The notes under the pieces: generated by a model
What the model was told of the DNA's origin: nothing
What the model saw: the letters and a program-made list of their open reading frames with translations, nothing else
The model's database searches: none
Source of the DNA: Azolla caroliniana
Lineage: Eukaryota; Plantae; Polypodiophyta
Direction of reading: 5' to 3'
Length of the DNA: 64,000 nt
Assembly: GCA_043228905.1 (NCBI GenBank)
Contig: JBHGNT010000002.1
Span: 27,156,001 to 27,220,000, forward strand
Position numbers and translations under genes: made by a program
In this document: piece after piece, positions 32,423 through 46,200 of the stretch
How positions within the stretch are numbered: position 1 is the first letter of the stretch
How the letters are laid out: the number at the start of each line of letters is the position of its first letter

Positions 32423-33578
32423 GCCTTACATTATGTACACCATGAGCCACTTGAATGTGTGGAAAGCTTCAAATATCTTGGCCTTGAAGTTCCTTCAAAT
32501 CATAGGTGGAATGAATGTGCCACACATCGCTTAAAGGCGGGTAAGTGAGCATACCATGCATTTGAGAACACATGCAATCTTGGAGATATAAGTGTTAGGT
32601 CCTCAAGAAATATCTTTTCGACACTTTGGTGACACCGGTTCTTCTCTATGGGGCGGAAGTATGGGGCGGTAGCATCCCAAAATCTACGTGGAAAGAGTTT
32701 TAAAATGTCCAAAAAACATTTTCTTATAAAGTTTCTACAAGTTAAGAAACAAACGCCTACACCCTCCCCCTCCTCCTTGAGACAGGATCCCCTCCCATTG
32801 AGATCATGGCCATGGTAAGGGTTGTTGAATACATGCTTAAGTTTCAAAAAAGTCCCTCACATCGACTTCCTAGAATTGCATGGGAAGCATGCAAAAAGAT
32901 CCAAAAGACGTATAAAAGCAAAATTTTGTGTTCTGGTTGGATGCAAGATATAGAAAAATGGTTCGGTAGATAGGATGTGAGACACTTGCTTCATGATGCA
33001 TCACTAGATTCCTCTATAAATGATGCCTTTTTGCAATGCCAATGTATCATGACATGGGATAGATCTGGAGGCTCACGCTTCACACATTATATTATACATG
33101 TTGCACATAACTACAAAACCATATTCTTTGCGGAACGGGAAAACCGTACACATCGATACATGTTAGAGCCCATCTCGTTATGTGTCATTCGAACCATTGC
33201 TTCCATGCGACTTAGCTCATATGCATTGCGATGTGAGACAGGGTGTTGGGGCACAAGTCATGACAGTGGTCGGCTATGCACACTTTGCCCTAAACAAGTT
33301 TGCGAGTTTGAGTATCACACTTTGATACAATGTAGCTCTGCATTTGATCATATTTGACCATGCTTTCCACATCTCTTCGACCGAGCCCACTCCTCACACG
33401 AATTTCACTCACAACCACAATGTGCACTCTCTATTGCAACATTTAGTGGTAAGGTTCTTGAACATCAAGAGTCACTACTCACTTTCACACGTATCTCGTG
33501 AAATGTAATATTTTTTGTCTCATAGGTCATATTTGACCTCCGAAGACGATAATATAATCTATCTATCTATCTATCTAT
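32423..33578 (+). mobile_element. 5'-truncated non-LTR retrotransposon (RTEX/RTE-like LINE) with 3' stem-loop and (ATCT)n tail
   Basis: Broken frames give PLECVESFKYLGL (end of RT), LFDTLVTPVLLYGAEVWG, PIEIMAM..HRLPRIAW and the C-terminal Zn-finger RLSSYALRCETGCWG..RLCTLC..EFEYHTLIQC. It ends with AGGTCA-TATT-TGACCT and (ATCT)5. The 5' end abuts (CA)n(CT)n. Confidence 0.85.
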
Positions 33579-34818
33579 GTTAAAGTTGTACAATTCCTAT
33601 AAAGCAAGAACTAATCCTTTTGATTACAAGACCCTTTTGAAGATCGAACAATTAAATACTTAGTTAATTTACTAATGAGAGTGAGCTAGAAAGTGAAAAA
33701 GAGTGAAGAAAGGAACTTTTATAATGGTCTACATTGTCTTTACCCTTTTCACGCTCATATTGATACAAGACCCTTTTGCCCTAGCTTTTAAGCATTGTTC
33801 TTTTCTCCATTACACTATCTCTTTCAGTTTTTTTGCTAATGAGAATGTTGTTCGAAAGGTGTCAAAAGTATATGGTAGGACATGTACGTAACAATGTCCT
33901 TGAAAAATATGTAATCTTGTCTATATGGAGTGTCATTGCTTCATGACGATGTGTCTCATCTAGTCATTGGTGCATATATAATGGAGTTGAGAGGAGAGCC
34001 CATATTCCATTGTCATAGAGAGCATGCATGTCCTCATGTGTGTGGCCTTTGCCCATTGAAGGTTACAATGTACTTTTTCCACAACATAATATTCCCCAAC
34101 CTTTCTGCCCATTGAAATAAGTCTGGGGGACTCTTCACACTCAATGAAACTATCCTCAACACATGTAAATTTGGACATAACTTTATTTTCTATTGGAATC
34201 AAAAAGCTCTATTATGGTTTTATGGTTTTATGGGGAAATGTGGTATACAAAATTTTCAACATGTCATTGTCTTTTAATATTTTGATTATGGGGCTAGAGT
34301 CTTCAAGTTGTTGAGTTATGACATACCTATTTCAAATTTGAGGGGATCAATTATGTGCTATTGTGGAAAGCTTACATAAACACAACTATTGTGATAAGAT
34401 GACCTGTGACATTTTTTGTACATTTTCCCCTTGTTAATGTGCTTCCATTATCGAATAGTTTTTGTGGAGATTTATTCTTGATTACTAAATAATGCTGCCA
34501 TATGCCTACTCCATTGAATATTAACATATACATACGCACACAAAGTGAACATGATGATGAAAGGTTGTTAAGTAGTCACCTACTTAACAACCTTCAATAT
34601 GCATGCATATATACAAATATTTTGTTATAGATTTGTTAATGCATGAGAGATTATTCCCAAATATGTGCCTCCCCTTATTGATGTTTGACATTCTTTGATA
34701 AGAAACTTACACTTAACCACCTCCTAGGCGAGAAATCAAACTTCGTCAATTTTATCTTCACGCTTAGAAACTTTGGGATTTCAGTAGCTTGATGAATCAA
34801 AAGAAAAAAAAAGATGGA

Positions 34819-34899
34819 GATTGCAGGCTGCAACTCGCTTGCATGAAGCCGGAATCGCTAGTAATCGTTGGTCAGCCACACGGCGGTGAATCTGTTCCC
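34819..34899 (+). pseudogene. rrn16 (fragment): Nuclear plastid DNA insertion (NUPT): 16S rRNA fragment
   Basis: GATTGCAGGCTGCAACTCGCTTGCATGAAGCCGGAATCGCTAGTAATCGTTGGTCAGCCACACGGCGGTGAATCTGTTCCC closely matches the plastid 16S 3' region as recalled; the differences are mostly C>T. Confidence 0.9.
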
Positions 34900-36202
34900 A
34901 CTAGTAAAATATTTTCTACTTTGTTAAGCCAACATGGGAGTCTATGCATATAACTCACTAGCATTCAATAGCATTTTGAAATTAAAAATTGATTCTCTTT
35001 CATTTGCACAAGTTCCATAGTATAAACAACAAATAGAGAGTACATAGTGGACAATATGTTGGAACAAAAGCAAGAAAAAATATGTAGCTGGACAATATAT
35101 TAAAAATGAGACAATATATTAGATAGTCTTGTTTAGACAAGGGGTTGCTGGTTTGAAACTCTTAAAAATGAGGTACTTTTCTTTAATTTTTGTGAGAACC
35201 TCTTTAGTGAGTAAATTGTTTCTCCTAAAAGCACAAAAAGAAAGTTTTGAAATTTGTTGTCGACAACATCTTCATTTCTTTATTCTCTTCTGCTTCTTTA
35301 ACTTTATTCCCTTCTACTTTAATCCAACATGTTTTCGTGACAGTTCCTGTCCTATTTTACATTGTAATACTAGGATAGGAGGTGCCCACACATATTAGTT
35401 CATCACACCTTGGTTTCCAAAGTAATATGAGGTGCATATTCCATCTGTAATAATTCTTGAGAGTAAATGACAAGGTTAGTTCCAATTACAAGCTCAACAT
35501 GCTAAACCGACAAACAATTAATTAATAATCTTTTGCCATATAAGTGAACCATCATTACCCAAAACACATAACAATATGGTAGGGGTTGTGTCTAGTGAGG
35601 AACATGTACCATCTAAGTTACAAACATATTAGAGACAAAAGGCAAATATTTATGTAGCTGCTAGGATACATGTGAAAAGGCTATTATATTATGTTGCAAA
35701 GAGTTCATGAGTAAGAAAACATACAAAATGTGTGATGAAGACATTGATGTCAAGTTTATGTTTTTCAATTTTTGCACCAAATTTGCTTTAAAATCAACAA
35801 TGATGACTAAGCATTAGAGAGCCACACAGGTTTCCAACACTTTAATTGGACAAAGCTAGAAGGCATAGTGATGTCAAGAACATGTGATGCATCATCAACA
35901 TTTCTTTAAGGGAAAATAACCAAAGTATACTCATAGGTCTCATGATTTACAGAAATATTTTGCTCTTTTTTTTTCTTTGAAAAATACCAAAACAAAATAT
36001 TCATTAAGAAAGTTTTCCTGAATTTCATGAAAAGTAGTAAGCAATCTCATCGAGTACTTCTCTATTCTCATGTTATCTTAGGCTATCAACTATATGTCGG
36101 ATTTACATGTAAATTTTCACAAATCTTTTTAACATCACATATCACTTTCATTGTAACAATTAATTGGTCACAATGATCTTAAATATTGGGTGTACGAATT
36201 AC

Positions 36203-36355
36203 TTGTGATTTGGTGGGATTAAAAACTTTTAAAGGCCAAGATCAACAATAACATTCTAGTAGCACTAATAAAACTGTATTGTGATTTGGTGGGATTAAAA
36301 ACTTTTAAAGGCCAAGATCAACAATAACATTCTAGTAGCACTAATAAAACTGTAT
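36203..36355. repeat. Perfect 76-bp tandem duplication
   Basis: 'ttgtgatttggtgggattaaaaac...gcactaataaaactgtat' at 36203 and 36279. Confidence 0.93.
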
Positions 36356-36573
36356 GCGATTTGATAAAACCAAAATCATTTACAAACTTTAGAATGTCAA
36401 GATCAAAATTGATGAACTATAGGGTTCTATTAATTCTAATAAATTTGCATGCAATTTGATGAAACTAACAGCGTGAGAGACATAGAAGAGATTGGGGGGA
36501 GAGAGAAAACCTTCTTTGATTTGCTTTGCTATTCATATTTCCCTGGCAACACTACATGGCACTTTCTCAAGCA

Positions 36574-36695
36574 AGCATGTTTAGGTAACTTTAAGAATAA
36601 ACAAGTAGACTTCCTTGTCTTTCTGTGTGAAGCATCTTTAGGTAACTTTAAGGATAAACAAGTAGACTTCCTTGTCTTTCTGTGAGAAGCATCTT
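36574..36695. repeat. ~57-bp tandem duplication
   Basis: 'agcat.tttaggtaactttaag.ataaacaagtagacttccttgtctttctgtg' at ~36574 and ~36631. Confidence 0.9.
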
Positions 36696-37149
36696 CAGTT
36701 TTATCACTGGAAACTTGGAGAGCCTGATCTTATTTGCCTCATCGTAATCAGACAATATATTTGTAAGCGTGCTTGTTGTAGATAGGCGCTAAATGTAACA
36801 GGTATGTTATTCTTTTTAAAATTCGATGAGTGGTTATTTTCGCATATAAGTAAAATCAAGTATCATTCGAGTCCTTAATGTATGTAAATCCGACATTTTA
36901 TTTTATTTTGAGCTGATTCTTCTGATGCTTTTTACAAAAGAATAGTTTCAAATATGCTTTTAGTACTCCTTTGTACACTAACGAAAAAGAAGCTTTTGTT
37001 TAGAACTTGAAAAATAAGAATTCTGTCTTCCAATCAATTAGGGCCCCAAATTCAGATGGGGCAGTCAATTCCAAACCCAATAAACAAAAGGGTGTCGTAA
37101 AGAACCAGCAGCTGATGTTTAGCTTCTGAAATTGCAAAAGATTCCCACT

Positions 37150-37243
37150 TTACTTGCTTAGTATATCTGATGCAAACTTTTGAGCTACAGTCATGGCCTC
37201 CTCAATACCTGCTGCATTGGTCCCCTGCAATCATATTGGAAGA

Positions 37244-37280
<37 letters not shown>

Positions 37281-40200
37281 TGAACCCATTTTACCATGTA
37301 TTCAACATGGGTCAAACTTGCCTGTCCTTGTGCAAGGCCACCTTTTCCACCACCTTTACCATTGATGGGTTCCAAAGCTTTTTGAAGCCAATCAATAAGA
37401 ACAAGACCTTTGCTTGCCACCTCATCAGGGACTCCAGCATAAACCAGAACCTTACTGGTTTCTACATCCACACTGAACATCATAACTGCTAACCCCTGCA
37501 ACATGACAATGACAATAATTTTGAGTTGTGACCAAATGAGAGACTGTTAGAATGACAATCATATCGTAGTGAAATTCTGAGGTATGAAAAAAATGCTCTC
37601 ACAGACCCTATCCCCATGAATGAAGTTTGCATACATGTAACTATCTGATTGAGATTGATAAGAGTAATTATCCCTGTGAATGAGATTGTATATACGTAAC
37701 TGTGCTAGACTGAGATTAGTATAGTAATGAAATTCTTGCTAATAAAAAAATGCTACTCACTGACCTTCTCTCTGTAGCTCATTCATGGGCATAATCATAC
37801 AGAATGCACTAAAAACTACCACCAATATTTGGTGTTTTATTACAAGCAGCACAAAAATATTACCTTCTGCTCCTCCAATACTTTGGTAATTGCTTCTCGG
37901 ATAGCATTACTATCAAGGCCAACATCTATCCGTAACACACAGAAACTGTCACCATCTAAAGCAGACTTCTGAGCAGTTTCAGTGGCAAGTATTATAGCTG
38001 TGTGTAAATTAGCTTCAGATGCAGCCTTCTGAGATTTTCTGATACGATCCTATATTCCAACAATTTTGAGATGATGGTTTCTATTTATAAATGTCATAAA
38101 AATGAACTTACTAGATCAAATTCTCAATACCTGCAATAGGAGAACCTGATCCCTAAATTCTGCCTTCCTGGCGACTGGAATAACAGCAGTATCTACATAA
38201 CTTTTTAATGATGCCACTTCCTGTTAGTAAAATGGGTGAAAGTATAGTCAACGTCTTCAAGTAATGTAAAACATTTACTACAATACCCATACTTTTTTAT
38301 TAAATTCCCTATAAATCCCCTTATATTTGTAGTATTTCTAAACCACGCCTCATTTTTTCCAAAATACTCTTCACTATACTAAATTCTCTCTTTGCAATTT
38401 CTCCCAAGAGAGAGAGGGAGGCTTTATTACTGTCTTAGGAGATAAAAAATATGACCCATCATTTTTGGAAAAAACAAATATTACCTATCATGTAGCATTT
38501 CACATAATACATGTGAAAGTTAGCAGCAACTACCAATTTTCAATAACTTAATTATAAATGTTGCAACCAAACATATAAAATTTTCACGTAATACACGTGA
38601 AAGTGGGCTTCAACTGTCGATTTTCAAGAACTTTACTAATGAATATCACAATTGAGAGTGCTCACTAACATGGAGAGAGAGAGAGAGAGAGAATATACAC
38701 AAGTTAAAGGGAGTATTGATGTGGCAGTTTTGTTTATTGGAGCAAGTGGAAATTCTTTCCTCGGTGGACTGTTCATCTTCTCTATTGGCGATTTAGCATT
38801 CCCACTACCCGTGTCGCTGTGGCACCACTCAGTTGTGGTACCATTGTAGCGTTATTCGCACACATTTATTAATATAGTTGGGTTTTTTTCATTAACAAGA
38901 TAGATAGATAGATAGATTCTATTATCATCTTCGGAGGTCAAATATGACCTACGAGACCAAAAATATTACATTTCACGTGATAGATGTGTGTGTGAGAGAG
39001 AGAGGTTATAACTTTCAAGCTTCACTACCTTCTCAAGCGCTATGCCATCAAGTTTTGAGGCAGCAGCAATCCTTTCTGCACAAGAATCTGCTTCTTTTAT
39101 TGCTTCAATTGCCCTATCAGTTGTGAAGGCAGTGACTCTACGTATTCCCTTTGCAATTCCCTCTTCTGAGATGAGTGTAAATGCCTTGGCCTCTCTTGTG
39201 TTTGAAAGATGTGTACCTATTAATATAGAAACACATATTTTGTTTGTCAAAATTTTAGATACAGTGACTCTGAAGATTTTTAGAATATTGTTATGAATAA
39301 CAGATTAAATAGGTTTCTTATATACCTCCACAGAATTCTGTAGAGATCGAGACCCAACTAGGGTTTTCAGGATCTTGTAGTAAATCATCAACTGGCTGTC
39401 CAACAGAGACTACTCTTACAGGATCAGGATACACCTATACCAAAAGGAAAAATGCATAACCATTAGAGAAGTTCACAAAACCTTGAATAGTTAAAGAACT
39501 GCACAAAAATAGCACATAGGCCTTTTCTAATAATGATTGAAAAGCCAATGAAGGCGACTCAGTATTAATAAGGTTGAGACTCAATACTGAAGAAGCAAGA
39601 ACATGAAAACTGCTAAATACTCTCTTCACATTTCTCAATAGCTGCGTGAATGAAATAAAGTATTTTCCAATTGGTTGAGTGAATCATGCATGTACAAACA
39701 AGGACAAATATTGAAGATCCAGAAAATTTCATCAAATACCTCTCCAAACACAGCACGTAGACCCATAATCCGTTTAGCTGCGCCCAGGCTTGCTTCCTTT
39801 GCATACACAGTTAGTTCATCCTTTATCAGTTGAGATACTATGGCCTCTACTTTTTGAAGAGCCTTCGGATCAATAGGCTTTCCTGCATCACAGATTACAT
39901 ATGAACTCTTTTTTTTTTTTAAAGAAGGTCCACCTTGGTATTAATGGAAAGATGCCGAAATGTTACAACGAATTCATACAATATATTACAACCCTCATAT
40001 CCACATCAACCAGCATGTCAAGTATAAACCATAAAAAAATAAACTGCTATTATAATCAATCTGAAAATCAATATACTAACCATGGGAGAAGTCAAATCGC
40101 AATTTATCATCAGCTACCAACGAACCCTTTTGGTCAATGTGATCACCTAATACAGACTATAAACAAGTAGGGTTGGAATGATCATGCAGAAATCCCAAAA

Positions 40201-43200
40201 AGTAGAAAATAGAATATTTGGAAGAGGAAAAAAAAAGTTCAGAAGTAACAAACCTTCAGAGCAAAATTGAGTAAATGTGTACATGTATGGTTTGGCGCAA
40301 TGAGGGATCGGCGATCGTAGTCAACCTTTGCTACAATATCTTCACCAACAGATATCTTGGAGCTGGATTCTTTCAAAGATCCAAGATGCAATGTATAGCC
40401 ACCATACACTTGGACACTTCTCACCTCGAATGTACCACCATGACCAATCAGAACTCCTGTGTCATATATCTGCAGTAAGATCAAACAGCATTAGATTTGT
40501 AAACTAATTATACACAAAACAGATCCAACTGATAAAAGGACCTGGCCTCCTTGCTCTGCATAAAAGTTTGTACTTTCAAGGACAATTCCAATATCTTCGT
40601 CAGTTGTGGTGCTTTCCACAAATCCTGATTCAGCGAAGATAGCTTTCACGACACTAGAATGTTCCTGATAAACAAATGATATTCTGATTCAATATCAGGT
40701 AAAATGTTTTGTGCAATCACATCAGACTCATTTTCAAAGGCAGCCTTTATGGATGGAATGAATAACGGCACAAAAGTAAAAACAAGACAATACAAAATTG
40801 ACCTTGTGCCATATATATTTGAACTTGTCATCAGTTGGTTCAATCTTGCGTTTTTGTAATTCAGCTGTTTCCTCTGCTTCCATGACTAATACCTTTCCAC
40901 CAGTCTGCGACCCAAACCCATAAATGACTCAAGATGAGGGTCTTAAAAAATCCAGATAAGTTCTATATTCACACTATCTATGACGAATTACTTTAGATGC
41001 TGTCAATTGTCTTCTACTTTATCTCAGCAAGGGATCTTTCCCAGTTCCCAGAATATGGTCACATCCATATCCCAGTATATGTTCACATGCACAATACCAT
41101 GGCTATGGCTTATGTATGCTAATGAAATGCATCACATGCAGAAACGTTTGCACAAACTAGAAGAGCTGTCTTATAATCCACTTTAAGAGCAGCTTCACAC
41201 AAGACTTGAACATTCATTGAAATATATCAACAAAACTAGCACAAACCATTTAGATCAGAAAGGAAAGAGTTACAATAATTTCACACCACAGCTAGAAATG
41301 GTTTGATTTGACTTAATCAAACACCTTTATTCTGGCAGCTCTTGCCCTATCCCTCGCTTCATCCATGGCCTTATTAAAACCCTCCACATCCACTACTAAA
41401 CCTCTTTCTTCCGCCATCAGCTGCAAATCAGTACATGTTACTATATAACAAATCAAATATCCAAATTAATAGAAATTTTCAAGTTCAAAATGATGCCACA
41501 AGAGATCTAGAATATATACACTTACCTGTGTCAAATCAATAGGAAAACCATATGTATCCCACAGGACAAATGCCTCCTGCAGAAATCCAATGGTCATAAT
41601 CAGATGCAAACATCCATCTCAACAAGATACATAGGAACACCAAGTTTACTACTTCACAAACTCATAAAGGATATTGTTATTCCCGATCCAGAACCTTGAA
41701 CATTTTCCATAAGGATTTTTGAAATGCAGATTGACATACCTGCCCATTTAATTTTCCATCTGCAATGTCTGCAATAGCCTTTTTGAACTTGTCTATACCC
41801 TGGAGATATGTAATAATCCTGAATTAAATTTAAACGAAAGACTAAAGCAATATATATGGCTATCACAAACATATAAGGTAACCTTAAGCAAAGTCCTTCC
41901 AAAGCTGACTTCTTCCTCTGTTATTATGTCCTTTATTTTCTCTTCATTCTTGTGTAGCTCAGGAAAAGTTGGGGCCATCAGTTGCACAAAATCAGGAACA
42001 AGTCTGATTCAGAATGATAGGTGTTTAATATATTGCTAGCCATTATCTTGATGCGCAGTCAATATGGTGAGAAGTATGCTGGTAAGCTTCTATTGCTAAT
42101 TTCTCTTAGAACCCTGTGACTAGTAAGTGAGTGCCACTCCTTGTATTTGTACTTTACGAGAAGTTGACTTCTATTTTACACATGTGGTAAGGCCTCTCTG
42201 GTAGCACTTATTTTACTGTCATAATTAGTTCTCTTAATTAAGTTTTTCCCTTAATTGTCTTTTGAGTTTAGTAAATAATCTGATGTGTGATCAATACTCC
42301 CAAACACATCAGCATTACAAACTAAGCTTACCCACTGAGAAATCCTTCTTGAGCCTTCAAAACTTCCCTACCATAACGCACAGCTCGTCTCAGAATGCGC
42401 CGCAACACATATTCCCGGCCCTCATTACCTAGAATAGGGAAAATAAGCTAGAAATATGCTTTATAAAATAAACCAAAAAGCAAAAAAGTTGGCTAACTAA
42501 ATGTTACCTGGGCGAGAACCGTCAGCAATAGCAAAACTCAGAGTTCGAATATGATCGGCGATCACCCTATAGGCCATATCCACATTGTCTTCATCTTCCC
42601 TTCCAACCTTCCCAGAATATTTTCTTGCACCAGTGACCTATATACCAAGAAAACCCCAAAAAAGGATGTTGGTGATGTTAGAGTGTATCACAAAGGTGTA
42701 TACATAACTCATAACACATAATTTATAATATTTCTAAATCACATGATTGGGTGACACAACATAAACAAGATTGAATAAATCTCAACCTTCTGTATTGCAT
42801 CAAATATGGGAGTGAAGAGATCTGTATCATAATTGCTCATTTTCTGTTGTAGAATAGATGTCAAGCGCTCAAAACCCATCCCAGTATCAACATGCTTAGC
42901 AGGTAGAAGCCTAAGTGACCCATCAATCTCTCTATTGAACTGTAGGGTGAAATAAGAAAAAACCCAGTGAGCATTTTCCCATTGTTAAATGCTTCCCTAT
43001 GGTGTACGTTTTATTACATGATTATCAGGTTCTGTATTGCACCACAAATCATTGATAGATGCATCATGGTTACCTGAATAAACACAAGGTTCCAAATTTC
43101 TATACATGTTGGATCATCATTGTTGACAAGTGCGGATGCATCTCGGTTGCCAAGTCTGTCAAAGTGAATTTCTGTACATGGACCACAAGGCCCAGTGTCA

Positions 43201-46200
43201 CCCATTTCCCAAAAGTTATCCTGATAACAGAAGTGCAACACAGATCTAAAAATGACCAATGCCTTGATTCTTATAACTTTACAAAAAAAAAAAAAAACCA
43301 AAACCTTCATAAAAAATAGACATAATTAGATATAAAAACCTTGCAACCAAATGGCAAGACATTTCCAGCTGGCAGATGTGTTAGCCAAATATCTCTTGCT
43401 TCTATGTCTGGAAGAAGACCAAGCTTTTCATCGCCACCGAAGTAAGTAGCATACAGACGATCTTGTGGTAGCTTGAACACCTATATTTAGGGGATCATAG
43501 TTCAGTCAAACCAGTCTTGGTGTATTAAGAATAGAATATAGAAGATATCAAATCACAAAAAGTTAGCTCATAAGAGCTGTGATGCTCAAGGTCGATCATA
43601 TTTTCCCTGAAATAAAACAGGGGTTTCCAATGCTTCCTACTCTTTGCTTCCAGATGGAGCAAAAACCCAGCTGCTTGCTTTTTACTTTCAATTTCATTCA
43701 TAATATCCTATTCGTCATTAACTGTATGCACCCCACAATTTCCTAAGATTTCGGCGTATTAAAGTGAAAGGAAACGACACTGATACAAACTTAATCTTGA
43801 ATTACACAAATATGTTCAAAGTTGTTCTAGAAACACTTTGTGTACTAGTAGTTAAGTCAAAGCCTCAAACTAGTTTCCGAAACATAAAATTAGATCAGTG
43901 CAATATCAAAATCAGCTTCAATTTGATGGCGCTTTTGTGAAATTCCAGAAAACTGCACTTCATTGTTCTTGTTTGGCAAGTAACCTCTTGTCTGGTCTCT
44001 ACCCAAGTATTCATCTTTTCCCCTTTTTGAAAGGCAAGCTTCCTGCATATATAATAGCCAACCTAGCCCTCCATTAAAAACCACAGTTTTTCCTCTTCCA
44101 AACCCCAGCTCTTCCTTCCTCTTAATCTCGTAATTGTGTGGTTCTTAAAAAATCGTATTTTGTGCACCATTATTACACAAGCCCCAGTCTTGCTGTACCA
44201 CAAATTTGTGTTTGTTACAAACTAGTTTCTGGAAATTTGTGATACACTAATCAGCTTGTTACCCATGTATCTCTAAAGAGCAAAGATCCTAAAATTCTTA
44301 AACGTGTACAAACTAGTCAATTTGGAATCTTTATTTCTCTAGACTTATTTAAGCATTTGAAGGATAGATGTACAAGCATTAGATTTTTCTTCAATAGATT
44401 ATAGATGTTTTCCGGTTTGACAATTCATAGATCAATAAGTATAGAAAGAAGGCACAGAAAAACACGTCAACATTGAGTGACAACCTGATGAATCTAATAA
44501 CCAGAGAAAATCGATACATTGGATGCATAATACAGCAATGGTAATCATAAATTCTTTCATATAAGCTAAACATCTCCTTGAAATGCAATTTTCTAAGACA
44601 GATGAATATTATCACAGTAAATTATTCATAAAGGTTTGCATGTGAGAAAACAATTATAGCCAAGATAATCATTTTTACAACCATGACAGCACCATAACCA
44701 TTAGTCAGAGTTTACATAGTTAAAAGTATCCTAATCGTGTTTAGCATAGAGATTTCTTATTCAGTTTTAAGGAAATACTAGGTTACAATACAAAGTACAA
44801 AATATCCTAGTAGTAAACATTACAATACAAGGCTAGTCACGTTTAGCATAGAGATTTCTTGTGCACAATTACAAAAATAGTAGGCTACAATTACATCCAA
44901 AAATAATTAAACCATTATAAGAATAAGATCGGTCATAAGTTCAAACTTATGAATGTCAGAATGTACTCAGCTTTAAGCCTTAAATGGTAAATAGAAGTAC
45001 CAGATTGAAAGAAAAGAGGGAATACAAAGAGTGATAAAGAAATAGAGTAAATTTATGGGAAACATACCGACATACCCCTGATATTTTCGTCATTTCATCT
45101 AATGCCAATGAGTTTTCGTTATATTCCTTGGATGACCCGAGACAACCTTTAAATGAAGAAAAATGGGAGGGAAGGACCATATAATTGAGAGAAGTGGGAC
45201 GAATTGACTATATAATTCGTCTTTTGGGGATTGACCAAGAGCACTTGCAGAAATAACAAAAACTTAGAGACATTTGGAGAAGTAGAGAAAACACTGGGAG
45301 TATTTGAAGTTTTCCTCTAAATGCATTTACCATTGAGAATGAAAAAAAGTTCCAAACTTACATCCACCAGTAGCTCCCATGCCCAATCGATTGCCTCACG
45401 CTTGAAATAGTCACCAAAAGACCAATTACCCAGCATCTCAAAGAAGGTATGGTGATACGTATCCTTCCCAACATCATCCAAGTCATTGTGCTTCCCACCC
45501 GCACGGATGCATTTTTGAGTATCACATGCTCTTTTCAATTGTCCTAACTGACTCCGAGGATCCACCGTTCCAAGAAAAATAGACTTGAATTGATTCATAC
45601 CTTCAAGGAAAAAGGACAATGTTTCAACATAGGAAGCATGCTCAAGACAACACATGTTATGATGTGTCTGGAACTAAATCTAGATTGAATACAATATTGC
45701 GGAAAACTGTAACAAGATAATGTTTTTTAAAGTAGTTTAAACATTAAGAAGGTTTGAATTTATTCACAGCTTCAAGATTTCAAGATTCCAATTATTTTCA
45801 GCAGTAAGAACGGTTGAAATAATTCATACCTTAGCAAAAAGGAAGGTATTTAAACACTGTGAAGGAATGCAAAGGCTATGGTATGGCCAGTACTAGATCT
45901 AGGTTTCATTGCATGTCAAAGAAAAGTGGTACGAGATCATTGTTTTATAGTTGCTTCAACACTTAAAAGGATTGAATTGATAATTTCACCTTCAGGTAGA
46001 AAGGGAGAGGTTTCAAAACACGAGAGACACAGACTATGATTTGGCTAGATCTAGGTTTTAAGTACAATAGATAGTCAGACCATTGTTTTCGGTTGTTAAG
46101 AAGAATCTATACGCAAAAAGCATCCTTTTCACAGCCATACAACGCAGAAGAAGGTTATGAAGAAGTTATATACAAATGGTAGAGAAAGTGATATGAAAAC

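Noticed and set aside
34819-34899. Functional rRNA gene or bacterial contamination
   Set aside because: Only 81 bp, mutated, and embedded in continuous plant nuclear sequence.
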